A stretch of 64,000 nt of DNA from Hypanus sabinus (taxonomy: Eukaryota). The stretch lies in assembly GCF_030144855.1 (NCBI RefSeq), contig NC_082734.1, positions 30,690,001-30,754,000 of the forward strand, read 5' to 3'. Below the pieces are notes generated by a model. That model ran no database searches. It worked only from the letters and a program-made list of their open reading frames with translations, and was not told the origin of the DNA. A program made the translations under genes and the position numbers. Positions 24,625 to 36,319 of this stretch are shown here, piece after piece (within the stretch, counting starts at the first letter, position 1; each line of letters begins with the position of its first letter).

Positions 24625-27495
24625 TTCCACACACTCCTGAACAGAGAATGAGAAGATTGTTCCACGTTCGCCGTTTTTATAGGTTCTGGGGGATTGCGGA
24701 AGGGCACTTACGATTGGTGCTGCAGCACTTTCTCCAATTGCTGCTTTGGAGTTAACCAATCAGCGAGTGTCCAATTCTCCAATGATCAGACGGCAGCGGG
24801 AAAAGTGCGGAAAATGACTGTCAGTACCTAAAATTACCTGAAATTTTAAAAGCCCGACAAGGGAAAAAAATTAAACTGCAGTACAAACAAAGCTGTCAGC
24901 AATATCTGAGCGAGCATATACAGCCCACATGACCAGTCCTATTCTGTCCGCACGGAAAGTGAATTAATTATATCATAACTGTCTCTGGGAATGTATCCCT
25001 TTTTGTGAAAACACATCACATCATCGAAGGGTCTCTTCACAAACTATGGTGGAAACACAGAAACAGCGATATGAGAGTTAATTTATTCTCATACAGATTC
25101 AGGGCACTTAGGAAACAGTATAGTGGAGTAATTGAGAGGCTTTACTTCATAACTCGAATACAAACAACAGCAAACACATAAATCCTATTCAACTTTATTC
25201 ATTGTCACCGAAAAGTTTCACTGGGACAAGTGTTTGAAAATCCAGACCTTTCTTGGAAAGATAGAGCCATTTGGGGTTTCAGCATCCTTTGGCGATATAC
25301 TTGGAGCTGGTGTATTGTTCACCTTCTTTGTCCCTTCAAACACGGTGCTGTACTCTTTGCCAGACTGCTACAGTATCCAGAACTCCAACAATCTTGGTAT
25401 CATCCGCAAATTTATTAACCAGCCCTTCACATTTTACACAGGCCATTTATATACATCACAGATCCCTGCAGACCTCCACTATTTACAGACCTCCAGCTCT
25501 AATCGGTCCCTTCAACCATGACCCACTGTCTTCCAGTGGCAAGCCAATTCTGTTTCCAAACAGACAATTCGCGGCAGACCCCATGCATCTTAATCTTCTG
25601 GATTCATCTCCCATGAGGGAATTCGTCAAACGCCTATGTCCATGTACACAATATCTACTGCCTTACTCTCATCAGTCTCTCTTGTTACCTAGTCAAACTC
25701 AGTCAATTTTGTCAAGCACAGCCTGACATGCTCAAAGCGATGTTGGCTCTCACCAACTAGGCCATGAGTTTCCAAATGTTCATATATGCTGTCGCTAAGA
25801 GGCTTCTCCAGCAATTTTCCAACAACTGAAGTGAGACTCATCAGTTTATAGTTCCCAGGATTTTCTCCAATTCCCTTCTTAAATGGAGGTACAACATTGG
25901 AGACTCACCAGTCCTTCAGGGTCTGTCCTGGTTCTAGATTACCCTGGAAACGCTGGAAATAATTGCCAGATGTAGCGTGTTATGGTAGTATTTCAGCATT
26001 TTCTATTTTTATTTTAGATTTTCAGTATTTGTCAATTTTTTTAATGTTCACGTTTCTACAACTGGTTTTAGTAAAGATCTATTTCCTACAGTACGATGCT
26101 GAAGAAGTTTATCAGAGAGAGTTACAGCGTAATACTGGGATTGCCCAGCTCCGGGCCATCAGTGGTCTTTTTTCTTAAATCCCCAACCTGGTATTAAGGA
26201 GTGGTGTGTTGTATTGGTCTGTGTCCTCACTGGCCGGTCCTGTGTTATGGCAGCTCAGTGTACTTAGAATACAGTGCCAGTGTCTTAACAGAAGTGTGTC
26301 CTTATTTAACAAACTAAGATTGTCCATTCTGAACTCTAAACGTGAGTGGGATGTGATACGAGGGAATATATGGCCACAAGAGACCATTTGAATCACCGTA
26401 TCACCATGTAAAACACACTCATCAGTCCTGTGCCCCACTCACTCCTAACCACTCTGCAGGTTGTTTCCCCTGAAAGACCCCTGCAGACAGTGTCCCACAT
26501 GAGAACCACACTCAGAGCAATTCAAGACAACAGGAGCAGGAGTTCCCACCTGGCACCTCACCCCTTTCCCACTACCCAATGTGATCATGGATCTGTCCCA
26601 GGCCTCAGCTACTCTTCTATACCAGTTGCACATCACCCTCATATTCCTGGTCTTTCCAAATTGTATCTCCCTCCTCTTTAATTTCCTCCGGTGAACCATC
26701 CTCCAAGTTTTCCTCACCCTTTGCAAGACTTTCCTGCACTTCAACTTTAAATGACCACTCCCTCACCTGTGTCCCACCATTCCAGCTTCAGCCACTGCTA
26801 GAAACATCACAACTTCTCCCTGTCAACACCTCTTAGGGACCTTGTGAGGTTCAAGAAAGTCACTCCTCATCTTTCTAAACCCTGAAGGTCTTGGATCTGA
26901 TTTCTTTGGAATTTTGTAATAAAATAACTCTGTCATCCTTGGAATTGTCCTGTTGAATCCATTGAGTGATCTGTTCTTCAGTGAGGGGACCAGAACTGTC
27001 CCCAGTCCTCCAGTGTGACCTCAACACTCCCTGTAAAACGAAAACATAATTCCCTATTTCCAATCTCCAACCCACCTTTAGTAAAGACTAATGTACTATT
27101 TCACTCCCACTAGACAACATTAAAGTCCATCTGCCATTCCTCTATCCGGTGGTCCAGATGATGAATACCATGTCATCGCTAAGACAATCCTCCTCACTAT
27201 CTTCACATCAGCAGATTTTTTGTATCGTGCTGATCTCACCAACGACATTAACATCCAAGTTGTTGATGTCTACCAGAAACCCCAATCGACGTGACACACC
27301 ACAGCACTGGTCACAAACGTAGAGTGAGAACAACAACTCTCCACCACTACCCTGTGCCTCCCATAAGCCAAGCTGCTTTTAGACCCAGTTTGCACTGGGG
27401 AAGAGGAGGTTAGCTCACAAATAGAGAAAGCTCGTAGACAGTGCGAGAAGCAGGATAGGCAGGTGATAGCGATAGATAATCTCAGACTAGAGGCT

Positions 27496-29876
27496 AAATA
27501 TTCAGGTACTACAGAGTATCCCTGTGTCTGTACCCCTTGACAAAAAGTACTCCTGTTATACTGTAGGGGGGACAGCCTACCTAGGGGAATCGGCAGTGGC
27601 CATGCCTCTGGCACGGAGTCTGGCCCTGTGGCTAAGAAGGGCAGGGAAGGGAAGAGGAAGGCAGTAGTGACAGGGGACTCTATAGTTAAGGGGTTTGACA
27701 GGCGATTCTGTGGATGCAGGAACGAAACTCGGATGGCAGTTTGCCTCCCAGGTGCCAGGGTCCGGGATTTTCGGATCGCATCCAAAATATCCTGCCGTGG
27801 GAACGTGAACAGCCGGAGGTCGTGGTACAAATTGGTACCGGTTACGTAGGTAGGAAAAGGGAAGAGGTCCTAAAGAAAGACTACAGGGAGGTTGGAAGGA
27901 AGTTGAAAAGCTGGACGGCAAATGTAGTCATCTCGGTATTACTGACTGTGCCACGCGGCAGTGAGAATAGGAATACAATGAGGTGGAGGATAAATGTGTG
28001 GCTGGGGGATTTGAGCAGGGGGCAGGGCTTCAGATTTCTGGATGATTGGGAGCTCTTTTGGAGCAGGTGTGACCTGTACAAAAAGGATGGGTTGTACTTT
28101 CGCAGGGAGACCAATATCCTGGCAGGGAGGTTTGCTAAGGCTAATGGGGACAGTTTAAACTAGAATTGTTGAGGGTTGGGAACAGAACTGAAGAGACTGG
28201 GGAAGAAGAGGTTAGCTCACAAATAGAGAAAGCTCGTAGACAGTGCGAGAAGGAGGATAGTCAGGTGATAGAGATAGATAATCTCAGACTAGAGGCTTGA
28301 GATGTGTCTATTTTAATGCAAGGAGTGTTGTGAACAAAGCGAATGAGCTTAGAGCGTGGATCAGTACTTGGAGATATGATGTGGTGGCCATTACTGAGAC
28401 TTGGATGCCTCAGGGACAGGATTGGTTACTTCAAGTGCCGGGTTTTGGATGTTTCATAAAGGACAGGGAGGGAAGCAAAAGATGTAGGGGCGTGGCACTG
28501 CTGATCAGAGATAGTGTCATGGCTGCAGAAAATATGGACGCCATGGAAGGATTGTATACGGAGTCTCTGTGGGTGGAGCTTTGGAAAAGGAAGGGGTCAA
28601 TAACTTTACTGGGTGATTTTTGTAGGCTGCCCAATAGCAACTGAGTTATTAAGGAGCAGTTAAGAAAACAGTTCCTGGGAAGGTGTAATAACAACAGAGT
28701 TGTCATGATGGGAGATTTTAATTTCCCAAATATCAATTGGCATCTCCCTAGAGCAATGGGTTTAAATGGGGTGGAGTTTGTTAGGTGTGTTCAGGAAGGT
28801 GTCTTGACACAGTATGTAGATATGCCTACAAGAGGAGAGGCGGTACTTGATTTGGTATTGGGAAATGAACCTGGTCAGATGTCAGATCTCTCGGTGGGAG
28901 AGCATTTTGGAGATAGTGCTCATAATTCCATCTCCTTTATAACAGCATTGGAGAGGGACAGGAACAGACAAGTTAGAAAAGCGTTTAATTTGAGTAAGGG
29001 GAATTATGAGGCTATCAGACTGGAAATTGGAGTCTTACATTGGAAACAGATGTTCTCAAGGAAAAGTACCTAAGAAATGTGGCAAATATTCAGAGGATAT
29101 TTGTGTAAAGTTCTGTATAGGTACTTTCCAATGAGACAGGGAAGTTATTGTAGGGTACAGGAACAGTGGTGTACAAAAGCTGTAATAGATATAATCAAGA
29201 AGAAATGAAAAGCTTACAAAAGGTTCAGGGAGCCAGTTAATGTTAGAGATCTAGAAGATTATAAGGCTACTAGAACTGAGCTGCAAAAGGAAATTAGGAG
29301 AGCCAGAAGGGGCCATGAGTTGGCCTTGGGGGGCAAGATTAAGGAAAGCCCCAGTGCATTCTACAAGTATGTGAAGAGCAGGAGGATAAGACGTGAAAGA
29401 ATAGGACCTATCAAGTGTGACAGTGCGAAAGTGTGTATGGAACCGACGGAAATAGAAGTGGTACTGAATGAATACTTTACTTCTGTATTCACTATGGAAA
29501 AGGATCTTAATGATTGTAGTGATGACTTGCAGCAGACTAAAAAGCTTCAACATGTAGATATTAAGAAAGAGGATGTGCTGGAGCATTTGGAAATCATCAA
29601 GTTGGATAAGTTGCCGGGACCGGACGAAATGTACCCGAGACTACGGTGGGAGGCGAGGGAGGAGAATGCTGAGCCTCTGGTGATGATCTTTGCGTATTCA
29701 GTGGGGACAGGAGAGGTTCCAGAGGATTGGAGGGTTGTGAATGTTGTTCCTTTATTCAGGTAAGGGAGTAGAGATAGCCCAGGAAATTATAGAACAGTGA
29801 GTCTTACCTCAGTGGTTGGTAATTAATGGAGGAGATCCTGAGAGGCAGGATTTATGAACATCTGGAGAGGTCTAAT
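27496..29876 (+). mobile_element. Duplicated large CR1 with its 5' end and 3' half deleted
   Basis: Colinear with ~17855-20220; VTGDSIV esterase motif and APE motifs. Confidence 0.9.
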
Positions 29877-31119
29877 TGTCATGGTCCAGTCCGTGAAGAC
29901 CGCGTTCTGGTTCATGGTCCGGTACATTAAGTCCAGACTCGGGGTCTTCTAGCTTTCCGTTGTTTCATTCGGGCTTAATCATAGGCACCTGATTCTCATA
30001 TTGGGACCTGGAATATAAGTGGCCCTGGGTTCGAGTGCAGATGTTGGTTTGTCTTGTCGGTATCCTGTCCTTGCCCCTGTGGGGTAAGTCAGGCTGGTCT
30101 TTCTGTCAACCTATGGTGTGATCTGTCCCTCCCTGCCCTTGCCTCCGTTGGGTAAGTCAGCTGTCCTTGCCGTTACCTTGAGGCTGGGCTGGGCACTTCC
30201 TTCCCTCTGAAGCCTTGCCGGTTACCTCACCTGCGTCCTTGCGTGTATTGCCGTCAATTTCAGCAGCCGGAGTGAGACCGGAGCCTTGCCATGCCAACAA
30301 AAGGAACTATATATCGTTAAGCGTGGAACTGTCTCTTTGTGTCACTGTGTTTAGTGTCCATGTATGAGTCCCGGTCCTATGTCTGTCCCCAGGAGGGGAT
30401 CTGACTCTGTATAAAGCCCCGGCCCTACGTCCTGTTCCCAAGAAAGGATCCTGGCTCTGTGTTCTGTGTTCCTGTGCTCTAGTCTCAGTCTGAGTGTTTC
30501 TGTGCTCAAGTCCGAGGTTCTGAGGAGGTTCCATTCCATGTCCAAGGCTCCAAGGAGGTTCCAGTCCATGACCAAGTCCAAGTCGTAGCCCAGGCCCTGA
30601 TTCCTGGTCTCGTCCGGGGCTAGTGTCCATGTCCAGCTATACCTCTCCACGCTTCTGCTTTGCTCTCCCTCGACCTAGGCTCTGTGTTCCTGCTCTCCGT
30701 CGATCAAGACCAAGTCTGAGCTTTATGTCCTCGTCCAGGTCTGAGCTTCATGTCTTTGTCCAGCCCTGGAGTCTCGCATCCTGCCCCACGTCCAGTCCTG
30801 TTGCCTTGCCACGTCTAGTCCTCGCCTAGATCCGGTGTCTGAGCCCGAGTCAAGACCCAGGTTCCGGGTCCCTGTCCCGTGTCTGGCTCGGATTCCTTGC
30901 CCAGGTTCCCAGTTCCTAGTTCCTCGTCAGGGTCCCACTTTCCTGTCCATGTCAGGACCTAGCCCATGACCTGACTCCAGTCTTGTCCAGTACTTGTGTC
31001 TTCTCCAGTGTCGTTTCTTCGCCACTTCCCTTGCTTTCTTGATACACCTAGTCCTCTCCCTAGTACTTCAGTGTCGGTGTCTTGCATTTGGGTCCATTCT
31101 CAACGCCCTCCTTATGACA
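29877..31119 (+). mobile_element. Solo LTR copy with non-matching flanks
   Basis: Same LTR as 20221-21447; right flank is H2B-upstream sequence instead of ATAAT + CR1. Confidence 0.85.
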
Positions 31120-31407
31120 GGTTCAGACTTGCCGTGAGTGGATCAGAATTTTCACTATTTAGTTGTAATTAACTCTGTCTGAGATCTACAATTCCAAGAT
31201 CCTCAGTTCCAAGTAGAAATTAAATGATTCTCAGCGGCAGCTTATTTCGCCTTCGCTTCCACCAGCGGTGCCGGAGTCTTGGCGGGTTGAGTTTGGCATC
31301 AGCCAGCCACCGTAATTGCTCCCTTCATTCTTCTATTCAAAACGTTAGATAAATATATTTTTATATTTATAAATTTATAAATATAAATTTTCATGCGTTC
31401 AAGCAAA

Positions 31408-31475
31408 CCAATGACAAACTTGTTATCCTGAATCCTTCATTAGCATAGGGTGGAGCCACATTGCCGATTTAATCC
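31408..31475 (+). promoter_or_regulatory. H2B promoter (copy 2)
   Basis: CCAAT 31408; ATTAGCAT 31439-31446. Confidence 0.6.
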
Positions 31476-31524
31476 GCACTCCGAGTGAGTTCCGCATTTT
31501 CTGGGTCGGTAACTGACTGAAGAA

Positions 31525-31887
31525 ATGCCTGAAACCAAAGCTCCGAAGAAAGGCGCCAAGAAAGCCGTGTCCAAGGCCAAGGGCACCAAGAGGCGCAGGA
31601 GGTCGAGGAGGGAGAGTTACTCCATCTACGTCTACAAGGTGATGAAGCAGGTTCACCCCGACACCGGCATCTCCTCCAAGGCCATGAGCGTCATGAACTC
31701 GTTCGTGAACGATATTTTCGAGCGCATCGCGCGCGAGGCTTCCCGCCTGGCCCATTACAACAAGCGGTCGANNNNNNNNNNNNNNNNNNNNNNNNNNNNN
31801 NNNNNNNNNNNNNNNNNNNNNNNNNNNNNNNNNNNNNNNNNNNNNNNNNNNNNNNNNNNNNNNNNNNNNNNNNNNNNNNNNNNNNNN
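31525..31887 (+). CDS. H2B: Histone H2B variant copy 2; 3' part N-masked, end inferred
   Basis: Visible part identical to 11815-12061. Confidence 0.9.
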
Positions 31888-31902
31888 NNNNNNNNNNNNN
31901 NN
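31772..31902. other. 131-N run
   Basis: Same boundaries as the first run. Confidence 0.99.
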
Positions 31903-31918
31903 ACAAACCGAAAACAAC

Positions 31919-31934
31919 GGCTCTTTTAAGAGCC
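31919..31934 (+). terminator. Histone stem-loop (H2B copy 2) with HDE AAAGAGTTG at 31951
   Basis: GGCTCTTTTAAGAGCC. Confidence 0.95.
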
Positions 31935-33549
31935 ACTCACTCCATCGCTGAAAGAGTTGCTCCAGTATTTCAGCAGTGATTAACAACTAACCCTTCCTTG
32001 CAGATTTTCAGTTTAGAAATAATTATTGTTTATTGCGATCCGTATGTCCGTTTTAACCTCGGACTCGCTCTCACTACCCTATGTCCGTCACGGAGCATTT
32101 TCCCCTTTTGTTATCGGCTTGTTTCTGTCTTCAGACATGCACACACACAACTATACACAAAGTGCATCGTTGTGAGGCAGATACTTGCTGTTACTGATTC
32201 GCTTTATCACCAACAGTTCCCTGTGCTGGAACTGTCCTGCGTCTTATTTGTACTTGTGATTCAGTATAGGTGCACGGTTTTTTCACATTGCGGTCTCGGC
32301 TTCGATAAGTTATGAACAGCGAACCGTCCATAGCCGGATGCGTTTCAAATTAAAACAAAATCCTGTCGTGTTCTGATTCCGTATTTGTACCGATCGATGA
32401 TTAAAATGAAAATTAAATTCACAGTCACTCTCATATCGGAATACTGACTTTCGGCGACCCTGCTGCTGAATGTAATTGTAATTAATGTGAATTAATTGCT
32501 TGTTTGTGTTTTTTTGGGATTAGTAACCCGATTCGTCGTCTTTTGCGCATTGGTTGCAGTCAGTCTTTGTTGGGTAGTTTATCTGCCTTTGTTTTGTGGG
32601 TTCCTGAAAGAAGAATTTCAAGACTGTGTATAGTGTACATGATTTGGTAATTTTACTTTGAAACTTTACTTTGCTCTCAGGAAAGTGAAGTTCCGGGTTG
32701 AAAATGGTGACACGGGTGTACTCTGATAATAAATTTTCTTTTGAACTGTAAACTAAATTCACACAGTATAAGTGGATCAGGATCATGGTGTCTTTCTCAC
32801 AGGCATATGTATATAACAGTCCGAACATAAACCTTTATATAATGTCATTTTCCTCCTGACTGACTTTAAAAATTTCACAATTTTATTTGTTTTTCAATTA
32901 TTTGCGTGATTTATCCTCTTGCACATTGGTTGGTCATCGGTCTTTAAGTATGGTTTCTGGTGGATTCAATGGTCTTTGTTTTGCGGGTTTCTGCGAGAAG
33001 AATTTCAAGGCTGTACATTGTCTACACATTGATAATTTTACTTTGAACATTAAAATTAATTCGCGCAGTATATTATAAACGGATCAGGATCATATGGCCC
33101 CATTCACAAACCGTATAATATAAATACACACACAAACTTTCGGACGGTTCTATAAAATTATCTTTCTCTTGGCGGACGTTACAACTTTCACAATTTTAGT
33201 GGTCTGGCCGTTAGTTTTGGCGCTTCTCCTATTGCCTGTTCATTGGCGATTAAGGACGCTCTCTTATCGGGCGTTTCCAACTGGCACTGAGAAATGAGAT
33301 TAGCCAATTTAGCGCCAATGAAGCACCGCTCTGCAGTCATCCAGAAGCAAAAAAATATTAATTTTCAGTAATATACGGGACGATGATGGAGGCCAGGTTC
33401 AGAGAGCGCGCTCTTTCTGCAGATTAATATTATTTTCAGGGGAGGAAAAGCGTTTCAGACAGTGTGTAATAAACTAGGTTAGACGCGCAGATGGAAAACA
33501 GTCGGAGTCTCCGCAGTCTTAATCAGCCCTTTTCTTAAACAATATGGGT

Positions 33550-33565
33550 GGCTCTGAAAAGAGCC
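33550..33565 (-). terminator. Histone stem-loop (H2A copy 4)
   Basis: GGCTCTTTTCAGAGCC ACCCA. Confidence 0.93.
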
Positions 33566-33595
33566 TTTGGGTCTTTTAACTGACGTTTCACTTGT

Positions 33596-33988
33596 TTATT
33601 TGCCCTTGGGGTTGGTGGATCCGCCGGATTTCTTGGGCAAAAGCACGGCCTGGATATTGGGCAGTACCCCGCCCTGAGCGATGGTCACCCCTCCCAGCAG
33701 CTTGTTGAGCTCCTCGTCGTTGCGGACGGCCAGCTGCAGGTGTCTGGGGATGATGCGGGTCTTCTTGTTGTCTCGGGCCGCGTTGCCGGCCAACTCGAGG
33801 ATTTCAGCCGTCAGGTACTCGAGTACAGAAGCCAGGTAGACTGGGGCTCCGGCACCCACCCGTTCAGCATAATTACCCTTTCTCAGGTGCCTGTGAACAC
33901 GGCCCACCGGGAACTGCAGTCCGGACCGAGACGAGCGAGACTTGGGCTTGCTCTTAGCCTTACCACCGGTTTTCCCTCGTCCACTCAT
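33596..33988 (-). CDS. H2A: Histone H2A, intact ORF (copy 4; A21S, A53S, P123S, A124T vs copy 1)
   Basis: ATG AGT GGA CGA; full 130-aa ORF; stem-loop. Confidence 0.93.
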   Translation of the reverse strand: MSGRGKTGGKAKSKPKSRSSRSGLQFPVGRVHRHLRKGNYAERVGAGAPVYLASVLEYLTAEILELAGNAARDNKKTRIIPRHLQLAVRNDEELNKLLGGVTIAQGGVLPNIQAVLLPKKSGGSTNPKGK

Positions 33989-35090
33989 TTCCACACACTG
34001 CTACACAGAGAATGAGAAAATTGTCCCGCGTTCGCCCTGTTTATAGTTTTTGGGGAATTGTGGAAGGGCACTTACGATTGGTCCAATTCTCCAATGATCA
34101 GACTGCAACGGGAAAAGTGTGGAAAATGACTGTCAGTACCTAAAATTACCTGAAATTTGAAAAGCCCGCCAAGGGAAAAAAAATTAAACTGTAGTCCAAA
34201 CAAAGCTGTCAATAATATCTGAGCGAGCATAGACTGCCCACATGACCAGTGCTATTCTGTCCGCACGGAAAGTGAATTAATTATATCATAACTGTCAGTG
34301 GGAATGTATCCCTTTTTGTGAAAACACATCACATCATCGAAGGCATTACTTCATAACTCGAATACAAACAACAGCAAACACAAAAATCCTATTCAACTTC
34401 ATTCATTGTCACCGAAAAGTTTCACTGGGACAAGTGTTTGAAAATGGAGACCAACTAATGGAGAGGAAGGGGAAGTTCCGTGTTAGTCCAGTGTGCAGAA
34501 ACACTAGAATTTCAGCAGGTAGTGGGACGACTAATTGTCATCATCAAAATTCTGATAAACGTTATCTCCTAAGACTGAAATATTGAAGCAGTTGCAGAAA
34601 AATATTGTTGAAATATTAAGATAAATCTTTCTTGGAAAGATAGAGCCATTTGGCTTTCAGCATCCTTTGGCGATATGCTTGGAGCTGGTGTATTCTTCAC
34701 CTTCTTGGTCCCTACAAACACGGTGCTGTAGTCTTTGCCAGACTGCTACAGTATCCAGAACTCCAGCAATCTTGGTATCATCCACAAATTTACTAACCCG
34801 CCTTTCTACATTTTACACAGGCCATTTATATACATCACAAACAGCAGAGGTCCCAGACTGCAGACCTCCAGCTCGAATCGGTCCCTTCAACCATGACCCA
34901 CTGTCTTCTAGTGGCAAGCCAATTCTGATTCCAAACTAGACAGTTCGCGGCAGATCCCATGCATCTTAATCTTCTAGATTCATCTCCCATGAGGGAATTC
35001 GTCAAATGCCAATGTCCGTGTACACAATATGAGCCTTACCCTCATGCCTGAAATGCAAAGGCCTCAAAGAAGTCTAAGTAAACAACACTG

Positions 35091-36178
35091 TGTCAGGGTC
35101 CGGTCCGGAACCACTTCCCGGGTTTTGATCCGGTCCGAGGGCACCGGACTCCGGGTCCTGCAGTTGTGCCTCCCGTCACCCCTGATCTAGTTAGGACCCT
35201 CCTGGTTCAAGAAGGCACACCTGTAACTCATTGAGCTGCCGGTGCTTATAAGGGGCCTTGGGACTTAGACCAGGCGGGTGGTTGTTTTGTTCTGTTTCCC
35301 CGCCGGCTCCGAACTCATCTCTACATTCTGTTGTCCCGCCCGGGCTCAGACCTATTCTTCAACATGCTTCTATACCCGTACCAGTACTGCCATGTTGGTC
35401 CGCTCTCCCACCTCTCTTCCCATGCTGTGGTCCCGCTTCTCCGCTCGGTTTTGTTTTTCGCGCGGTCGCCCTGTCTGCCGGCCGTTTCCGAATTTCCCGT
35501 TGACATTGCTGTTGTTTTGGTCGACCTGGACCTATGCCCGTTCCTACCCCTTGCCCCTGTCGGGCAAGTCTGGCCGACCCGCCGTGGTCCGGCGAGGGTT
35601 CTGCCTGTTCCCATCCCTCGCCTCCGTCGGGCGGATCCGGCCGACACGCCGTGGCCTGCCCCGTCCTCGTCTTCCGCCCGAACACTGGGATAGTGCCCCG
35701 CACCCGCCTAGGGGTCCGCGTCGTGCCCAGGCCTCCGGTGTTTCCGCCTGGGAGGCGTTCCTACCCGGGATACATGCGGCCCGCCCAGGGTGGGCTCTCG
35801 GCTACCCTATCGCCAGCTAGACCTGCCTGAACTCAGGGAGCCTGTCTACCTGACTGGAACTTCAGGACCCCGCTCCGCTCTGCCTGCTGACACTCGGGGA
35901 CCTGCCCGCCTGAACCTCGGGAGACTGTCTACCTGAACTCGAACCCCGGGACCCCGCTCCGCTCTGCCTGCTGACACTCGGGGACCTGCCCGCCTGAACC
36001 CCGGGAGACTGTCTACCTGAACTCGAACCCCGGGAGCCCGCTCCGCTCCGCCTGCCTGACACTCTATCTAGCTGAACCCCAGCTCTACCCTTAAATGCCA
36101 TTGCATCCCCATCCTGTCCTCCCCCTAGTACTTCAGTGCCTGCGTCCTGCGATTGGGTACATCCAGCCACTCCTGACG
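35091..36178 (+). mobile_element. GC/CpG-rich solo LTR-like insertion unique to this unit
   Basis: TGTCAGG...CCTGAC(G) termini; 5' GGTCCGGTCC and 3' CCCTAGTACTTCAGTG blocks shared with the other LTR; TATA-like CTTATAAG near 35247; no clean TSD. Confidence 0.75.
35820..36080. repeat. 84-bp tandem repeat, ~3 copies, inside the LTR
   Basis: CGCTCCGCTC recurs at 35871, 35955 and 36039. Confidence 0.9.
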
Positions 36179-36319
36179 CAGATACTGTACTTACTTTCAA
36201 CTTCAAAACATTTAGTGTGTGGGGTCCCAATTGCAGTCGGCAGCACAGCAGAAGACCTATGTTGGAATAAATAGTTAGTCCATTGTTGTCAGTACTGGCC
36301 TGAAGTTAAAACCCAAGAT

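Noticed and set aside
35258-36230. Long overlapping GC-rich ORFs and repeats as a gene or CRISPR-like array
   Set aside because: The ORFs reflect high GC inside an LTR; the repeats are head-to-tail 84-mers without unique spacers, in a eukaryotic context
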